Positions 19,838-30,867 of a stretch of 64,000 bases of DNA are shown in pieces. Positions within the stretch are counted from its first letter, which is position 1, and each line of letters starts with the position of its first letter. The position numbers were made by a program, and so were the translations under genes. A model generated the notes under the pieces. That model was not told the origin of the DNA. It was given only the letters and a program-made list of their open reading frames with translations, and made no database searches. The DNA comes from Perkinsela sp. CCAP 1560/9 (Eukaryota; Protista; Euglenozoa: Kinetoplastea), in NCBI GenBank assembly GCA_965644495.1, contig CBFFSA010000006.1, positions 434,001-498,000 on the forward strand, given 5' to 3'.

Positions 19838-20284
19838 ATGGCTTTAATGAATGTATCTGACTCAGAAAATGAGAACAGTAATACGTCATGGACGAATGAC
19901 AGCGAAGACGAGTGGGCACGTCCTATAGTCTCTACGAACGACACTACGTCGCGCACGTCGCTTAGATCCGTTGTGCAAAACGACGTGCGTGATGAAGCAA
20001 TTTATTCAACTTCACATCCTGAAAACTCTAGCACTTCAATCAACGTAATCGTCATTCGTTTCCAAGAGGGTGGGACTGATATTGCGGAGGAGACATTCTC
20101 TGAAGAATACACTGTTGAATTTTTGAAATGTTACCTGGAAGATCTCGATTCGGAACGATTCACATACTCCTCTCTTTCCCTCTACTATCACGGAAAATGT
20201 ATGATTGATCCTCTCAGCCTGAGTGATATTTCAGGACTGGAAGGTCCTGGGCCGCATTGTGTTGACGTGTGTATCAACAACTAG
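19838..20284 (+). CDS. Small acidic protein with probable C-terminal ubiquitin-like fold
   Basis: TVEFLKCYL...LYYHGKCMIDPLSLSD pattern resembles beta-grasp domains. Confidence 0.5.
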   Translation: MALMNVSDSENENSNTSWTNDSEDEWARPIVSTNDTTSRTSLRSVVQNDVRDEAIYSTSHPENSSTSINVIVIRFQEGGTDIAEETFSEEYTVEFLKCYLEDLDSERFTYSSLSLYYHGKCMIDPLSLSDISGLEGPGPHCVDVCINN

Positions 20285-20574
20285 TGTGTTTGCATAATAA
20301 ATAAATAACTAGTGTGTTTACACAATAAATCTGCAGCGATTCCAAAATCCACCATGGAAGGAGAGGACTAAAAAGGTGTGTAATAGGAAGGTGTGTAATA
20401 ATTTCCTTGTCTGATGCCTCCCGTCTACCTACCTTGGGGTTTCTTTTCCAGGTTATATTTTTGCAAGTAGTTATTTATTTGTGACTATTCAAAAAATTAT
20501 AGCTTGAAAAGTGCCCGAATAAAAGAAATTTTATTACCCTTTATTCTACTCTTTGTTCGGGAGATGAGGATACG

Positions 20575-21477
20575 ATGAGGTACCTGCAACTTCCTGAGAT
20601 AGACGAGGTGAATGTTTATCTTGGAAATGTATTGGATAGTACAAGCAAACAATCTGTTTCAACTTTCTTAGCTTCAAATTGCCGAATTGAAGCATATAGC
20701 ACAAGACACGAAAAGAACGACAGGAAGCTTACGGCGAATTTGATCCAAAATCTGCCTAATGTATACAGTGGAAATTTGGTAACAGATCAATACGAAGAAC
20801 TCATGCGTACTCAGGAACAAGAGGCCGTCGACGCGCAACAAGAACTAACGATCTCCCCTCAAATACTCCCTTCGCCCTCTCCTGTTGTTGCGCAAAACAA
20901 CAACAACTGTATTTTCCTGAGTTCTACCGCGCCCCACTTGGGGACGACGGAATTTATTTCACAAGTAAATTACGAAGAATACGCAACAGCTATATGTGTG
21001 CTTCATCACACCTATAACGGCGAACGTGACTTCACAACCTTATCCCCAAGTGAGTTTACCAAAGTGCAATGGTCCGATGTGGAATCCGACGTAGGTCCTC
21101 GTGTTGGATGCCACACATCATTATTGAAGATACAGTGTTGTGTAACGCATTTGGTGGGGGCGAGTAGTGAGCTATGCATTTTGTGCTACAAGGGTGTCGT
21201 ACAGTATCCATCCGCACAGCCACACCGTGAAATACTTTGGTCACGTCATTACTTCTTCTTACCAAAGTCACAGAGAAAGGCGCTCATACTTCTGTCACTG
21301 TCTGGAGAATCAGCGTCGTCCGTGCCGGATGCCTCGCAAGAAATATTTAGCACAGAACGGTACGGATACATCGACAGAAATGATCAAAGTGTATCACAAA
21401 AAACTTTGTCCCTCAATAGTTTGGACGATTGGGGAGATGAGGTGGATCTTGATTACACAGGCCTTCAAATTCAGTAG
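20575..21477 (+). CDS. MAF1: RNA polymerase III repressor Maf1
   Basis: MRYL..., CRIEAYS, RDFTTLSPSEF, LWSRHYFF, acidic tail. Confidence 0.8.
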   Translation: MRYLQLPEIDEVNVYLGNVLDSTSKQSVSTFLASNCRIEAYSTRHEKNDRKLTANLIQNLPNVYSGNLVTDQYEELMRTQEQEAVDAQQELTISPQILPSPSPVVAQNNNNCIFLSSTAPHLGTTEFISQVNYEEYATAICVLHHTYNGERDFTTLSPSEFTKVQWSDVESDVGPRVGCHTSLLKIQCCVTHLVGASSELCILCYKGVVQYPSAQPHREILWSRHYFFLPKSQRKALILLSLSGESASSVPDASQEIFSTERYGYIDRNDQSVSQKTLSLNSLDDWGDEVDLDYTGLQIQ

Positions 21478-21715
21478 TGTGTTCTTCGACACTCATATTG
21501 CAAATATCTTGATTGCCCTTAAAAGTTGTATATTCATCAGGCCATACTTTCTTGGTAGTTCGATTTTTAGTTTTTGTCCCTGTTACTTTCTTTCGTCAGT
21601 CTTGCTGCAAAATTACTGTAAGGAGAATCTGTTACTCCATTTTCTCTGCGTGAATAATTTTGTTCTGAATTGCTTGTGAATTTATCTATACTTTCATATT
21701 TCTTTATCACTTCAC

Positions 21716-21997
21716 ATGGGTAAGCGTACTGCGAAAGTGGGAATCGTGGGTAAGTACTCCGTGCGGTACGGTGCAAATCTTAGGAAACGAGTGAAGAAAC
21801 TTGAAATTTCCAGTCATAGCAAGCACTTTTGTCAATGGTGTGGACGCTTCAGCATTCGTCGTCAAGCCGTTGGAATTTGGAAATGCAAAAAGTGCCAAAA
21901 GATAGTAGCCGGTGGCGCATGGACGCTCACGACCCCGAACAGCACGACAGTGCGCTCTACTATTCGACGTTTGCGCGAGCTTTCCGGAAGCGCGTAA
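21716..21997 (+). CDS. RPL37A: 60S ribosomal protein eL43 (L37a)
   Basis: [20 protein letters not shown]...[15 protein letters not shown]. Confidence 0.98.
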   Translation: MGKRTAKVGIVGKYSVRYGANLRKRVKKLEISSHSKHFCQWCGRFSIRRQAVGIWKCKKCQKIVAGGAWTLTTPNSTTVRSTIRRLRELSGSA

Positions 21998-22309
21998 GCT
22001 AGATACCGCTGAAGTTTTGAAGATATTGCAGGTTGTAAAGCACAAAGTTTGAAAGCTTCACGATGCATCGCACACGAGTTCATCTTAAACCACCTTTCTA
22101 ATTACATAATCTTTATTTATTTGTTTTACTTTTTTTAGTTCATGATACGTTGTTGCGTCAAACCCACGGCTTAAGTTTATGTCCGTGTACTATGTTCATC
22201 ATACATCTGTATCTGTGGACCCCTAGAAATGAGATTTTTTCTTGTTTTTCATTTACTCGAACCCTTTTAGCGCAGTTGAAAACTAACATGTATACCAATC
22301 CCGAAAAAA

Positions 22310-23155
22310 ATGTTACCACCTTCCGACACTCTCTGGATCCAGATAATTATAACGTTCGCAGTCACACTTTCTTTTCTGGTGCTTGTATGCTGTGTACTTA
22401 TGATTCGCAGCCGACGACGTCATAAAATTCTGACGCGTGTCGCCCGCAGAGTACGATTGGACCTTCATCATGAGAATTCAGAAGCCAGAAAGAAAATCAT
22501 CGAAAACTCGCTGGACCTTCTGAAACACAAAATTGACCCTCCCCCAGTTACCAAGCGAGAGGTACCTGGCTATGTTGAGAATGTATGTCCCGATGTTCGC
22601 CAGGAAGCGCTCAACGCCCATGAAAAATTAAATTCTATTATGAGCCGTATTCCAGATCTGAGCGGGAGGGTTCCTTACATGACATTCCGAGAGCTTATTC
22701 ACTGGTTAGAAAAAAGGGAGTCGCGATTGACTCAACACGCATTAGATAGCCGTAAAAAACCACCAGACAAACCAAATGGTACAGAGAATTTGAACTCGCG
22801 AACGTATTGGCAGCACTCACCTTTTTCTGCTAATTCTTCAAGTCCTGCCGATCGCAAATTGCCCGCCCAGGGACTGCGCACCCCTCGGTCCTCCAGCGAT
22901 TCTATATCGAAAAGGGGGCCCGATGATCTCTACAGGAAAAGCACGGAAATTAAGAATCCTGCATCAAAAAAGAAAAGTAATCACGATGTCTTTCGTTCCC
23001 AAAATAATATAGCATGGAGCAATGACGAACTCATCCAGTTCCACGAATCTGTACGATTTGGGCCTCCACGTATTGTTGAGGAGGTCGAGTACATTAACTA
23101 TATGAACGCTATAGACAACATAATGGCCAAAGCGCGTGAAGCTGTTGTCCTTTAG
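22310..23155 (+). CDS. N-terminally anchored membrane protein, weak resemblance to NICE-3/Dlt1-like proteins
   Basis: N-terminal TM followed by RSRRRHK; MTFRE and HESVRFG...EYINYM motifs. Confidence 0.55.
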   Translation: MLPPSDTLWIQIIITFAVTLSFLVLVCCVLMIRSRRRHKILTRVARRVRLDLHHENSEARKKIIENSLDLLKHKIDPPPVTKREVPGYVENVCPDVRQEALNAHEKLNSIMSRIPDLSGRVPYMTFRELIHWLEKRESRLTQHALDSRKKPPDKPNGTENLNSRTYWQHSPFSANSSSPADRKLPAQGLRTPRSSSDSISKRGPDDLYRKSTEIKNPASKKKSNHDVFRSQNNIAWSNDELIQFHESVRFGPPRIVEEVEYINYMNAIDNIMAKAREAVVL

Positions 23156-23370
23156 AAAGTGTCTCAAATTATGCAACAAGTGAGCGCTCATGACTGGCTT
23201 ACTAGTGTTAATATGGAGATCTAGTTATACCCACAAATGCGTCACTATGCACGCATGTAGTGCTGCAATTTTTTTAAACCCGTACCAGGAACTTATGAAC
23301 ACTGACGCTCTGCATATCAAAGTTTGTAACTACATATTTTATACGAATTTCAAATGTATGACAATAGTCG

Positions 23371-24201
23371 ATGAGTCAAAATGGGTATGGCGCATGTCGG
23401 GCTGGGAGACTTTTTTCTGCCTCTTTCCCAGAAAACTATCCAAGTATTATGAGCGGAAAGAGGAGCACGGCACACGAAGATGCGTCGATGGAACTCTCTG
23501 ATCACTGCATGTTCGAGTCTCCACACCTCGGAATTTGGCCTACTTACGTTTCTCTTACTGTCCCGAATGCCATTGCACAACAATTACACGCATATGCAGT
23601 TGATATTTGTAGCAAGCTCAATACCGAACTTCGCGCATTTTTCCACTTGATTGAGTGTGAAACGAGTAATAAATATAATGACATGAAGGCCTGGATCAAA
23701 GCGATAGATGCCGACTCGCTTCATATTTCGCTGAGCCGCTGTTTGCTGCTTCAACGACACGAGTATATGGCATTAAGAGCGGATTTGGCAGAGACGTTGT
23801 ATGGAACTCTCTCGCAGGGTGAGAATAATGCACGAAGAATTCTTATTCGTATACAAGACATTCAATTATTGGGTAGCTGCATAGTCTTTATGGTTGAGGG
23901 CTGCGACCGACTACAACTACTTCAGTACCCGTGTGACAAGGCGGGCCGCAAAGCATGCCAGCCACCGTACAAAGATTCTTTCGCATCAGTTGCGGGGAGC
24001 GCGTCTTTGCCTAATAGCAAGATGAGGTACTATCACTGTTCGATCGTTCAATTAGGTTCTGATATTCCGATTGCTTTCCGAGATCATATTGCTTCTTTTA
24101 TTTCTCATATTTCTTCCCCCGAAATTCACTTCCACGTTGAAGAGCTAAAGCTCTATAACGGTCAACAAAACGTGGAACGTTTTACGCTTATAAGCTCTTA
24201 A
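23371..24201 (+). CDS. USB1: U6 snRNA phosphodiesterase USB1-like (2H phosphoesterase)
   Basis: WPTYV, LHISLSR and second HxS motif YHCSI. Confidence 0.75.
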   Translation: MSQNGYGACRAGRLFSASFPENYPSIMSGKRSTAHEDASMELSDHCMFESPHLGIWPTYVSLTVPNAIAQQLHAYAVDICSKLNTELRAFFHLIECETSNKYNDMKAWIKAIDADSLHISLSRCLLLQRHEYMALRADLAETLYGTLSQGENNARRILIRIQDIQLLGSCIVFMVEGCDRLQLLQYPCDKAGRKACQPPYKDSFASVAGSASLPNSKMRYYHCSIVQLGSDIPIAFRDHIASFISHISSPEIHFHVEELKLYNGQQNVERFTLISS

Positions 24202-24376
24202 GTAGCCTATAACTCTTAAGTTTATAAGTATATCTAGTACTAGTACAACATCTACTAGTATCTAGTATATCATCTGCTTTTTCAGCAACAGTGCGATAAC
24301 TGTTTTGTTATTCCTACCGTGTAACGTAAATATTATTGCAGAAGTTTTTGTCACTTTTCTTGTCCTAGCACAAGCA

Positions 24377-25849
24377 ATGTCCGATAACAATCAAGAGAGC
24401 ACTTTTTGGCGAAATACCGAATCCTGGCAAGCGAAGGCTGTCAACCCGCGAGAAAATAGTCCGCCGCGATCACCGCAACGTACTCCTATGAGTTCCCCAA
24501 GTCACATGTCTCCCAACAAGCCGAACTTTGAGGCCACTGCGGCAACACGAGCCGAACCACAGCTACCAACTCCGTCCAACGTCGCCGACACCCGGGTCAA
24601 TCCCTCAGACTTTCCCAAAGACGACACGACTGTCACGGTGCAGGATGGGACGAAACCTTCCAAGAGCGAGGAGGAGCTTGCCAAGTACACGCATGACCCC
24701 ATCGAGTACACGGACTCCGCTTGGCATTACATGGACATGATGGTTGTGACCATTCCTATTTTTATGGGATATGCCACACTGGCCCTCATGCAGCGGAATG
24801 TGCGCGACCGTCTCGGCATTGAAAACGGTACCCACGAGGCACGCATTTTTAACGCTGGTGTCAGTTTTCTGTACCTTGGAAACCTCCTCTTTCGCCTGTT
24901 GCACAATTTCGTGTTTACGTTCCTCCGTCCCCGACACCGTGTGTACCTGAGCTACTACGGCATCATGCTCGCCATGAACCTCCTCGGATGGCTCGTGTTT
25001 GTGGGCAACGTGAAGCATCTCTCGATTGTGTTCATCAGCTATCTACTTGGCGGGATAAGTATCGGGACGTTTGAGTCCAATGTGATCTCCGTGTTGACTC
25101 CCTACGGTCACCGTGCGAAGTCGTGGGCGGTCACTGGGATTCCGATTGGGTTCAACATGATTGCCATAGGTGGGTTTATGCTGATTTACTTCTGCGATCA
25201 TTACATGTGCAAGTTTGCGATCTACATGACCGTGTTCACCGCCAATGTTGTCGGTGCGACGTACTACCGCTTCAAAGTCAAGGATCTCCCTTCAGGCTCT
25301 AGCAATGACGACGTGTACAAGTTCCTTTCCGATTTGAAAAAATGGCGTGAGTGGTTGGTCCCCATCTGGGCCTACTGTGCTGCGTTGACGTTGGACAAAT
25401 TTTGTCTTGGACTGTTCGGATCCATTCATCTCTACATGTACACCGACGACCATCTTCCCGTGTGGCCTGGAAGCAGCGCGACCATTCCGAAAAACCTCTT
25501 CTACTGTCTCTATTCGTTCTGTTGCTTGATGGGGGATTCCGGTTCTCGAAAGATTGCATACATTGACCGTGCGCGACAACCGATGTACTTCCTGCTCATG
25601 TCTCTCGTAGGTGCCATTCTGGTGCTTAGCAAGGTGTTGATCTTCTCGTTGATTGGCATTATTCTGATTTTCTTTGCTAACGGGTCGATTTACGCCCACA
25701 CGACGCGACGAATCGATCAGCGTGTGTCGAAGCGCTTCAACCTCATTGCGCTCAGCATTTGGCTGTTTATCGGGGATCTTGGTTCCTACACGGGGTCCAA
25801 CCTGAATTCCCATATTCCTCGCTGGATCAGCCATTTGCACCGCTGGTAA
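24377..25849 (+). CDS. CLN3/battenin-like (MFS-type) multi-pass transporter
   Basis: About 10-11 hydrophobic segments after a disordered N-terminus; family assignment from recall only. Confidence 0.6.
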   Translation: MSDNNQESTFWRNTESWQAKAVNPRENSPPRSPQRTPMSSPSHMSPNKPNFEATAATRAEPQLPTPSNVADTRVNPSDFPKDDTTVTVQDGTKPSKSEEELAKYTHDPIEYTDSAWHYMDMMVVTIPIFMGYATLALMQRNVRDRLGIENGTHEARIFNAGVSFLYLGNLLFRLLHNFVFTFLRPRHRVYLSYYGIMLAMNLLGWLVFVGNVKHLSIVFISYLLGGISIGTFESNVISVLTPYGHRAKSWAVTGIPIGFNMIAIGGFMLIYFCDHYMCKFAIYMTVFTANVVGATYYRFKVKDLPSGSSNDDVYKFLSDLKKWREWLVPIWAYCAALTLDKFCLGLFGSIHLYMYTDDHLPVWPGSSATIPKNLFYCLYSFCCLMGDSGSRKIAYIDRARQPMYFLLMSLVGAILVLSKVLIFSLIGIILIFFANGSIYAHTTRRIDQRVSKRFNLIALSIWLFIGDLGSYTGSNLNSHIPRWISHLHRW

Positions 25850-26057
25850 ATGGTAAAGTAAGCGTTTCATTTCATAGTGTTTACTGAAACAAAGAGCGTT
25901 CTTTGTGCTGCAAATTAGAAAAATGAGGGCGTAACATACCGATGAGCATTTAATAAATGCTACCATAAATTCTATAGTTAAAACATAATTTTTCTTTTCA
26001 CTTGTCTTTTGTGAATATGTTTTTTTCCATATAGACAGCGGTTTATAAGCGGGAACA

Positions 26058-26339
26058 ATGTGGTCATTATTTGTCAGATTTCTATTATCTTCTTGTAGAA
26101 GGAAAAAAGTTTCAAAATCAGGGATTGCTCAAATGAGTTACCGCACTTCTAATCGATTATTTTACTCCTATATTTTGGGCTTCTTCTGGGCTGCTGTTTA
26201 CTTTTTTACACATCCGATTCAATTATTAAAACTTAGCATCGCATTATGGGGAATGTTCAATATAATCTTTTTTGTGACGTTTGGGCTTGTCACGTTGAAT
26301 CTCTTCCAGTTGTACGATGAAAATTTTAATACTGTATAA
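26058..26339 (+). CDS. Possible small membrane protein
   Basis: 93 aa ATG ORF with two hydrophobic segments; T-rich DNA could produce this by chance. Confidence 0.3.
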   Translation: MWSLFVRFLLSSCRRKKVSKSGIAQMSYRTSNRLFYSYILGFFWAAVYFFTHPIQLLKLSIALWGMFNIIFFVTFGLVTLNLFQLYDENFNTV

Positions 26340-26402
26340 CATGAAAATAGAAAACTGTCCGCGTCGTATGAAGAGAGTATGTTCTGAGTACGTGGATAGT
26401 GG

Positions 26403-27431
26403 ATGTTCCACAAAATGTCTATATCTCTCTATGCTGAGTTGGAATCAATACTGAAAATAGTACTTTTCATGACATCATTCTACAATGGAATAGAATCTAC
26501 ATCTGCAACGCAACGCTCGCTATCTCCTGATCCACGGCCGCCCACTGACATAAGTGAAGCCGCATGGCCCAAGCTTAGTCCTGCTGTTTCTCGTCACAGG
26601 TGTGATTCTTGGTGTGATTCCCCAGAGATCCTCGAACAGGATGCCACTAAACATTTGCATACTACTTCACTAGGTGCGGCATATAACACTGATCATTACA
26701 CTTGCAAGAATTCCACACCAAACCTCTGTAAAAAAAGGATAGACAAAATTAAAGGTGTTTCTTTTGATTGTGTCGTGCAAAAATTGGCATTGTGTGAGAC
26801 GCAAACCAGTGATATGTGTTCAATTGGCACAGAAATATCAGCACAGCAAAGCACAATACAAGAAGTTGATCGATTCTTAAATTCACCATGTAGCACAATT
26901 TTGTATGAAGAATCGTCTTCTGAGCGTATCGCTGATGATAAAATAACGCAAATTGGTCAAGTAAAACATGCCCATGGAAACATCAAGAAATTATGGAATC
27001 GACTGCAAGAGATGAAGCTTCCCAACTTAACGGTTTTTAAACAAAACAATCGTTGCTCTCATCCTCTGCGCGCAGGTGGATATTGGGCAGTTTGGACACA
27101 AGGAGTGGAGGGGATAGGGCCCACTGCAAGCATACGTATGGAGCAACGAAACTTCAAAATTTTAGGGAGCTGTCCCAAGTTTCGGCAGAATAAGGAGCAT
27201 CATACTTTCGAGATGCAAGCTCCAATTGGCGCTGCTAATGAAAACAATTGTTCACAGAATATTTTCTCGTATGAAAACAAAGGTGATGATACTCGGGAAC
27301 TCGATATTTCTATTTATGAACTGTGGATTCACGCTCATCGGGCTAAAATTGTTCTACTTGTTCTTTTTATCGTTTGCGTACAAATTTATATGGATAGAGT
27401 TTTGCATTTTTCGGATCATGATACTCTATGA
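26403..27431 (+). CDS. Hypothetical tail-anchored protein
   Basis: 342 aa ORF with a single C-terminal TM (IVLLVLFIVCVQIYM); true start may be a later ATG. Confidence 0.6.
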   Translation: MFHKMSISLYAELESILKIVLFMTSFYNGIESTSATQRSLSPDPRPPTDISEAAWPKLSPAVSRHRCDSWCDSPEILEQDATKHLHTTSLGAAYNTDHYTCKNSTPNLCKKRIDKIKGVSFDCVVQKLALCETQTSDMCSIGTEISAQQSTIQEVDRFLNSPCSTILYEESSSERIADDKITQIGQVKHAHGNIKKLWNRLQEMKLPNLTVFKQNNRCSHPLRAGGYWAVWTQGVEGIGPTASIRMEQRNFKILGSCPKFRQNKEHHTFEMQAPIGAANENNCSQNIFSYENKGDDTRELDISIYELWIHAHRAKIVLLVLFIVCVQIYMDRVLHFSDHDTL

Positions 27432-27850
27432 AAAGTAGTTCGTTCTGCAAAGCTTTTCTTCGTTTTATTTTCCTTCGATATTTCAGTTCAGTTTGTTAAT
27501 CTCGCTTTACGTAAATATAGCTTTCTTGCCTTGCATGAAGTATTTAGTGCGTCACTTAACCTTTAATTTCTTGGTTAAAGTGAGTAAGAATTGTGCGCAA
27601 TATTTTGATTGATTTTATACATGTCCCTACACAGTCTCATATGCCATAATTCACTGTTCATATCCTATTTACACTCGCTATTCATACCCGATTGATTGAA
27701 TTTCAAGCAGATCTGAAAAGCCAACAAATTATTTACTTTTGATCGAAACCAACAAACTAGGCTGTTTAATGATCAATATTATTGGTGAAAATATTCTAAT
27801 AAACTTAATCAGCAGAATACCTTGTCATTACACAATATATAACTACAAAT

Positions 27851-28489
27851 ATGAGCACCGAAATTCAACCCTCTACCCAGGTTAATTCCACCAGCACCCT
27901 TCCCACCCTTCCAGAGATGGACCCTGTTGCGGCTACTGTGGAAATCCGACGGTACGAGTCTGGGCTACCCACCTTGAAGGTCTACATGGATGAGCGCAAC
28001 CAGTACCTGTTTCTCCCTTCTGAGCACGTGTACGGCACCGAGGGCGCGGAACGGTTCCTACGCGCGGCGCCGGGAACCGCACAGAATCCGGTGCTATGCC
28101 GAACCCTCGCTCGGGGTTATCTCTGCCCTCGTGGGGCAACCTGTGGGTTTGTTCACGCGGACTTGGCTGCAGCAGAGTTGAGCGCGGAGTACCGTAAAAC
28201 AGATGTCCATCGGAATGATGCCATTGAGGTGGGATATCTGCGCTATCCGACGCTACCAGAGGGAACTACGCTTCCGGTGCCGCAGAAAGGGAATGAGGCA
28301 TTCACCATATCGCTTCACTCCGAAATGCTTTACAAAACAAAGGGAGGAGAGAATTTATATCGGATGTACACGCAAAGTGGGGCTCCCGCAGGGCCTCGAC
28401 GCTACACACGGTGTAATTTTTTCGAAATGAAAAAGATTTGTCATAAAGGGACGGATTGTGGTCATCTACACGTCGCGTATGACGAATGA
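27851..28489 (+). CDS. CCCH zinc-finger RNA-binding protein (kinetoplastid ZC3H type)
   Basis: Two C-X8-C-X5-C-X3-H fingers: CRTLARGYLCPRGATCGFVH and CNFFEMKKICHKGTDCGHLH. Confidence 0.85.
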   Translation: MSTEIQPSTQVNSTSTLPTLPEMDPVAATVEIRRYESGLPTLKVYMDERNQYLFLPSEHVYGTEGAERFLRAAPGTAQNPVLCRTLARGYLCPRGATCGFVHADLAAAELSAEYRKTDVHRNDAIEVGYLRYPTLPEGTTLPVPQKGNEAFTISLHSEMLYKTKGGENLYRMYTQSGAPAGPRRYTRCNFFEMKKICHKGTDCGHLHVAYDE

Positions 28490-28692
28490 GAAGGTCTCCA
28501 CGGCTCGGGAATATGATGCGTCTGTCACGAAGCTATTATTAAATCAGAAAGCTCAAACAGCGTGTCAGAAAATTTCTTTCCGGGTGTTTTGTAATACACA
28601 ACATTGAAAAATTGGATTACTATGATCGTTGGAAACGGAATTTTAGAACATGTTAAGGCGAAAGTACGTGTAGATGTATGTACTAAATCCAA

Positions 28693-28710
28693 CACACACA
28701 CACACACACA
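28693..28710 (+). repeat. (CA)9 microsatellite in an alternating purine/pyrimidine-rich spacer
   Basis: Read directly. Confidence 0.9.
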
Positions 28711-28913
28711 GAACTGCACACCAGACCATATTCAATGGTTGTATATGTACATCATGCACATGTACTGGGGATCTACATGTACTGTATTTCCACTGTATCA
28801 TTTGTGTAGAGTTACTATGTAGTCAATCATGTTTATGTTCAGGAGATTGTCGTCATTCAGGATAGAAGATTGTGCTGTTCGAAGAAAATAGGTGTCGGTT
28901 CAAGCTTTCCTCC

Positions 28914-30785
28914 ATGCTTTGGAGTGGTTCGAATCTTTTAATCAATAAAGGAATCATACACCAAATATTTACTTTTCAGCGGTCCTGCAAGTCTTCCGGT
29001 GCAAAAGGCGATCCTCTCGGGATCAAATTACGAGACCTCTTAAGGAAATACGCAAAGATGTCGCCTTTCAATCGGAATGTCTTGGTGCCACAGCATGCAT
29101 TATTGGAACACGCTACCAATGTGCATTCGAATATTCGTGAGCCGTCGTCCAGTGCAATTTATTCAATACCATCCGATGATACAATAGAAATAATACACGA
29201 ACTTTCGGAAAGCATACTCCGGCGTGAATCAAGCCAAGAAAACGCACATGAACATCGGGGGAAAAGCAACGGTGATCCTGTGTCATTTTCGATACTAGGG
29301 CAATTTTTACATCTGTGCGAGCTGTTTGGGGGTTTCGATAGAAAGTATCATCCGGATCACACTACTGTCTCATATAATTTGGCATTTTCACAAAAACTAC
29401 AAGAAATGACTGCAAGGGAAAATCATTTCTTGACAGCAGACACTGTATCAAATTCTGACTGCACGTTTTATATCGCTTATACCGCTGCAAGGCTGGTACG
29501 TTGTGTGTTGTCCTCGAGATCTACAGTTCAGCTTGATCTGAAGTGTAGAAGCAAATTTATTTCAGCTTTGTGCCGCGTGGGCGACTTAACTGTAGCTGGT
29601 GAACTGATAATTCAAGCTGCTAAGAACCGAACTCTAAAAAAGCGTGATCTGGAACCTATAATATTGCACACACAAAATAAATTTGTCACTGATTACGTGA
29701 GAAGATTAGCGAAAGAGCACGATATCACGCTTGAGGATTGGGTCTACGGAATTCTACTTCAGCCTTCAACGCAAGACGGTGATGCTGCTGAAATTCATGA
29801 GCTATTAACCGAAATGCAGGACGATCACCCAATTATGGATCCACGAAATTTCGAGAAATTAAAGCATGTTTCCCATTATATGTCCCCTACACTGTGTCGC
29901 AATGAATCCCAAATCAGTAAGAGTTCTAATGTAGCACCGAACAGTGCAGAAAAAGCGTTCGTATCAAGGCGTACGTTGCATGGCTTCTGCAATGTTTGCC
30001 TTCGCCCGCTAAAGCTGTTTCCTTTCTCCGACAATCTTCGTGCCGAGCTGTTGCGTGATATCCAACAAATACCTCTGATACGTCCGAAATCCCGCGATGT
30101 TGTTGATCGCTTTTTTTCTAAGCTAAGAAGTACTCCCATGGATATTATTGTAGATGGCGCTAACGTCGGATATAGTGGTTTGTGTAGAGGGCCTGACAGC
30201 GATGATATCTGTTCTGTTCCTGAAAGATTGCGTCCCCCCGCACTTGTGTCACATCGGGAGCCTCCCACCAATTTTCATATTTGGTTTGAACATATTGAGG
30301 CTATACTTCAATGTGCAGCTCAACACAACCTGCGCCCCGTGGTGATGTTGCATCAGAGGCATGTTCAGCGAACTCTTCTTTGGGATAAATATCATAGCTT
30401 AGTTGCCCGGTGGGAAAAACATGGACTTCTCATTCCTACCCCAAATGGTATTGAAGATGATATATGCTGGCTATATGCAGCTGTGTTTCATAGTACTACC
30501 CTTCGACGCGTATACGTTGTCACCAATGATTTAATGCGAGATCATCACTTTTCTCTGCTTTCTCGGCGTTCATTTATGCGCTGGCGCGACACATGTCGAG
30601 TACGCTACAAGTTGTTTCCACCCGGAACCGTAGCGCGGCTAGAATTTCCGCTGCCCTACTCAAATACAATGCAATTCGATGAAACCAGTCGTAATTGGCA
30701 TATTCCAGTAGCACCCGAAAAACCAAGTGATGAAGAGTTCAATGCGAAATGGTATTGCGTACAAATTGCCTCTGTGCGCAAATGA
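28914..30785 (+). CDS. PRORP: Protein-only RNase P (PPR + zinc site + NYN nuclease), possibly the mitochondrial isoform
   Basis: GFCNVC, IIVDGANVG, EDDICWLYAA, VVTNDLMRDH, WHIP. Confidence 0.93.
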   Translation: MLWSGSNLLINKGIIHQIFTFQRSCKSSGAKGDPLGIKLRDLLRKYAKMSPFNRNVLVPQHALLEHATNVHSNIREPSSSAIYSIPSDDTIEIIHELSESILRRESSQENAHEHRGKSNGDPVSFSILGQFLHLCELFGGFDRKYHPDHTTVSYNLAFSQKLQEMTARENHFLTADTVSNSDCTFYIAYTAARLVRCVLSSRSTVQLDLKCRSKFISALCRVGDLTVAGELIIQAAKNRTLKKRDLEPIILHTQNKFVTDYVRRLAKEHDITLEDWVYGILLQPSTQDGDAAEIHELLTEMQDDHPIMDPRNFEKLKHVSHYMSPTLCRNESQISKSSNVAPNSAEKAFVSRRTLHGFCNVCLRPLKLFPFSDNLRAELLRDIQQIPLIRPKSRDVVDRFFSKLRSTPMDIIVDGANVGYSGLCRGPDSDDICSVPERLRPPALVSHREPPTNFHIWFEHIEAILQCAAQHNLRPVVMLHQRHVQRTLLWDKYHSLVARWEKHGLLIPTPNGIEDDICWLYAAVFHSTTLRRVYVVTNDLMRDHHFSLLSRRSFMRWRDTCRVRYKLFPPGTVARLEFPLPYSNTMQFDETSRNWHIPVAPEKPSDEEFNAKWYCVQIASVRK

Positions 30786-30820
30786 TCAAAAAAATGTATT
30801 ATTTCACGTATTACGACATG

Positions 30821-30867
30821 TATAGGGGGCATCTGCTATATCTCAGATATAGCAGATGCCCCCTATA
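30821..30867. repeat. Perfect inverted repeat, 23 bp arms with 1 nt spacer
   Basis: TATAGGGGGCATCTGCTATATCT-C-AGATATAGCAGATGCCCCCTATA. Confidence 0.97.

Noticed and set aside
25292-25966. 224 aa antisense ORF
   Set aside because: Shadow of the transporter gene; no motifs; opposite to cluster polarity
28925-28935. GGTTCGAATC B-box/T-loop-like motif
   Set aside because: Inside PRORP coding sequence; T-stem does not pair; no cloverleaf
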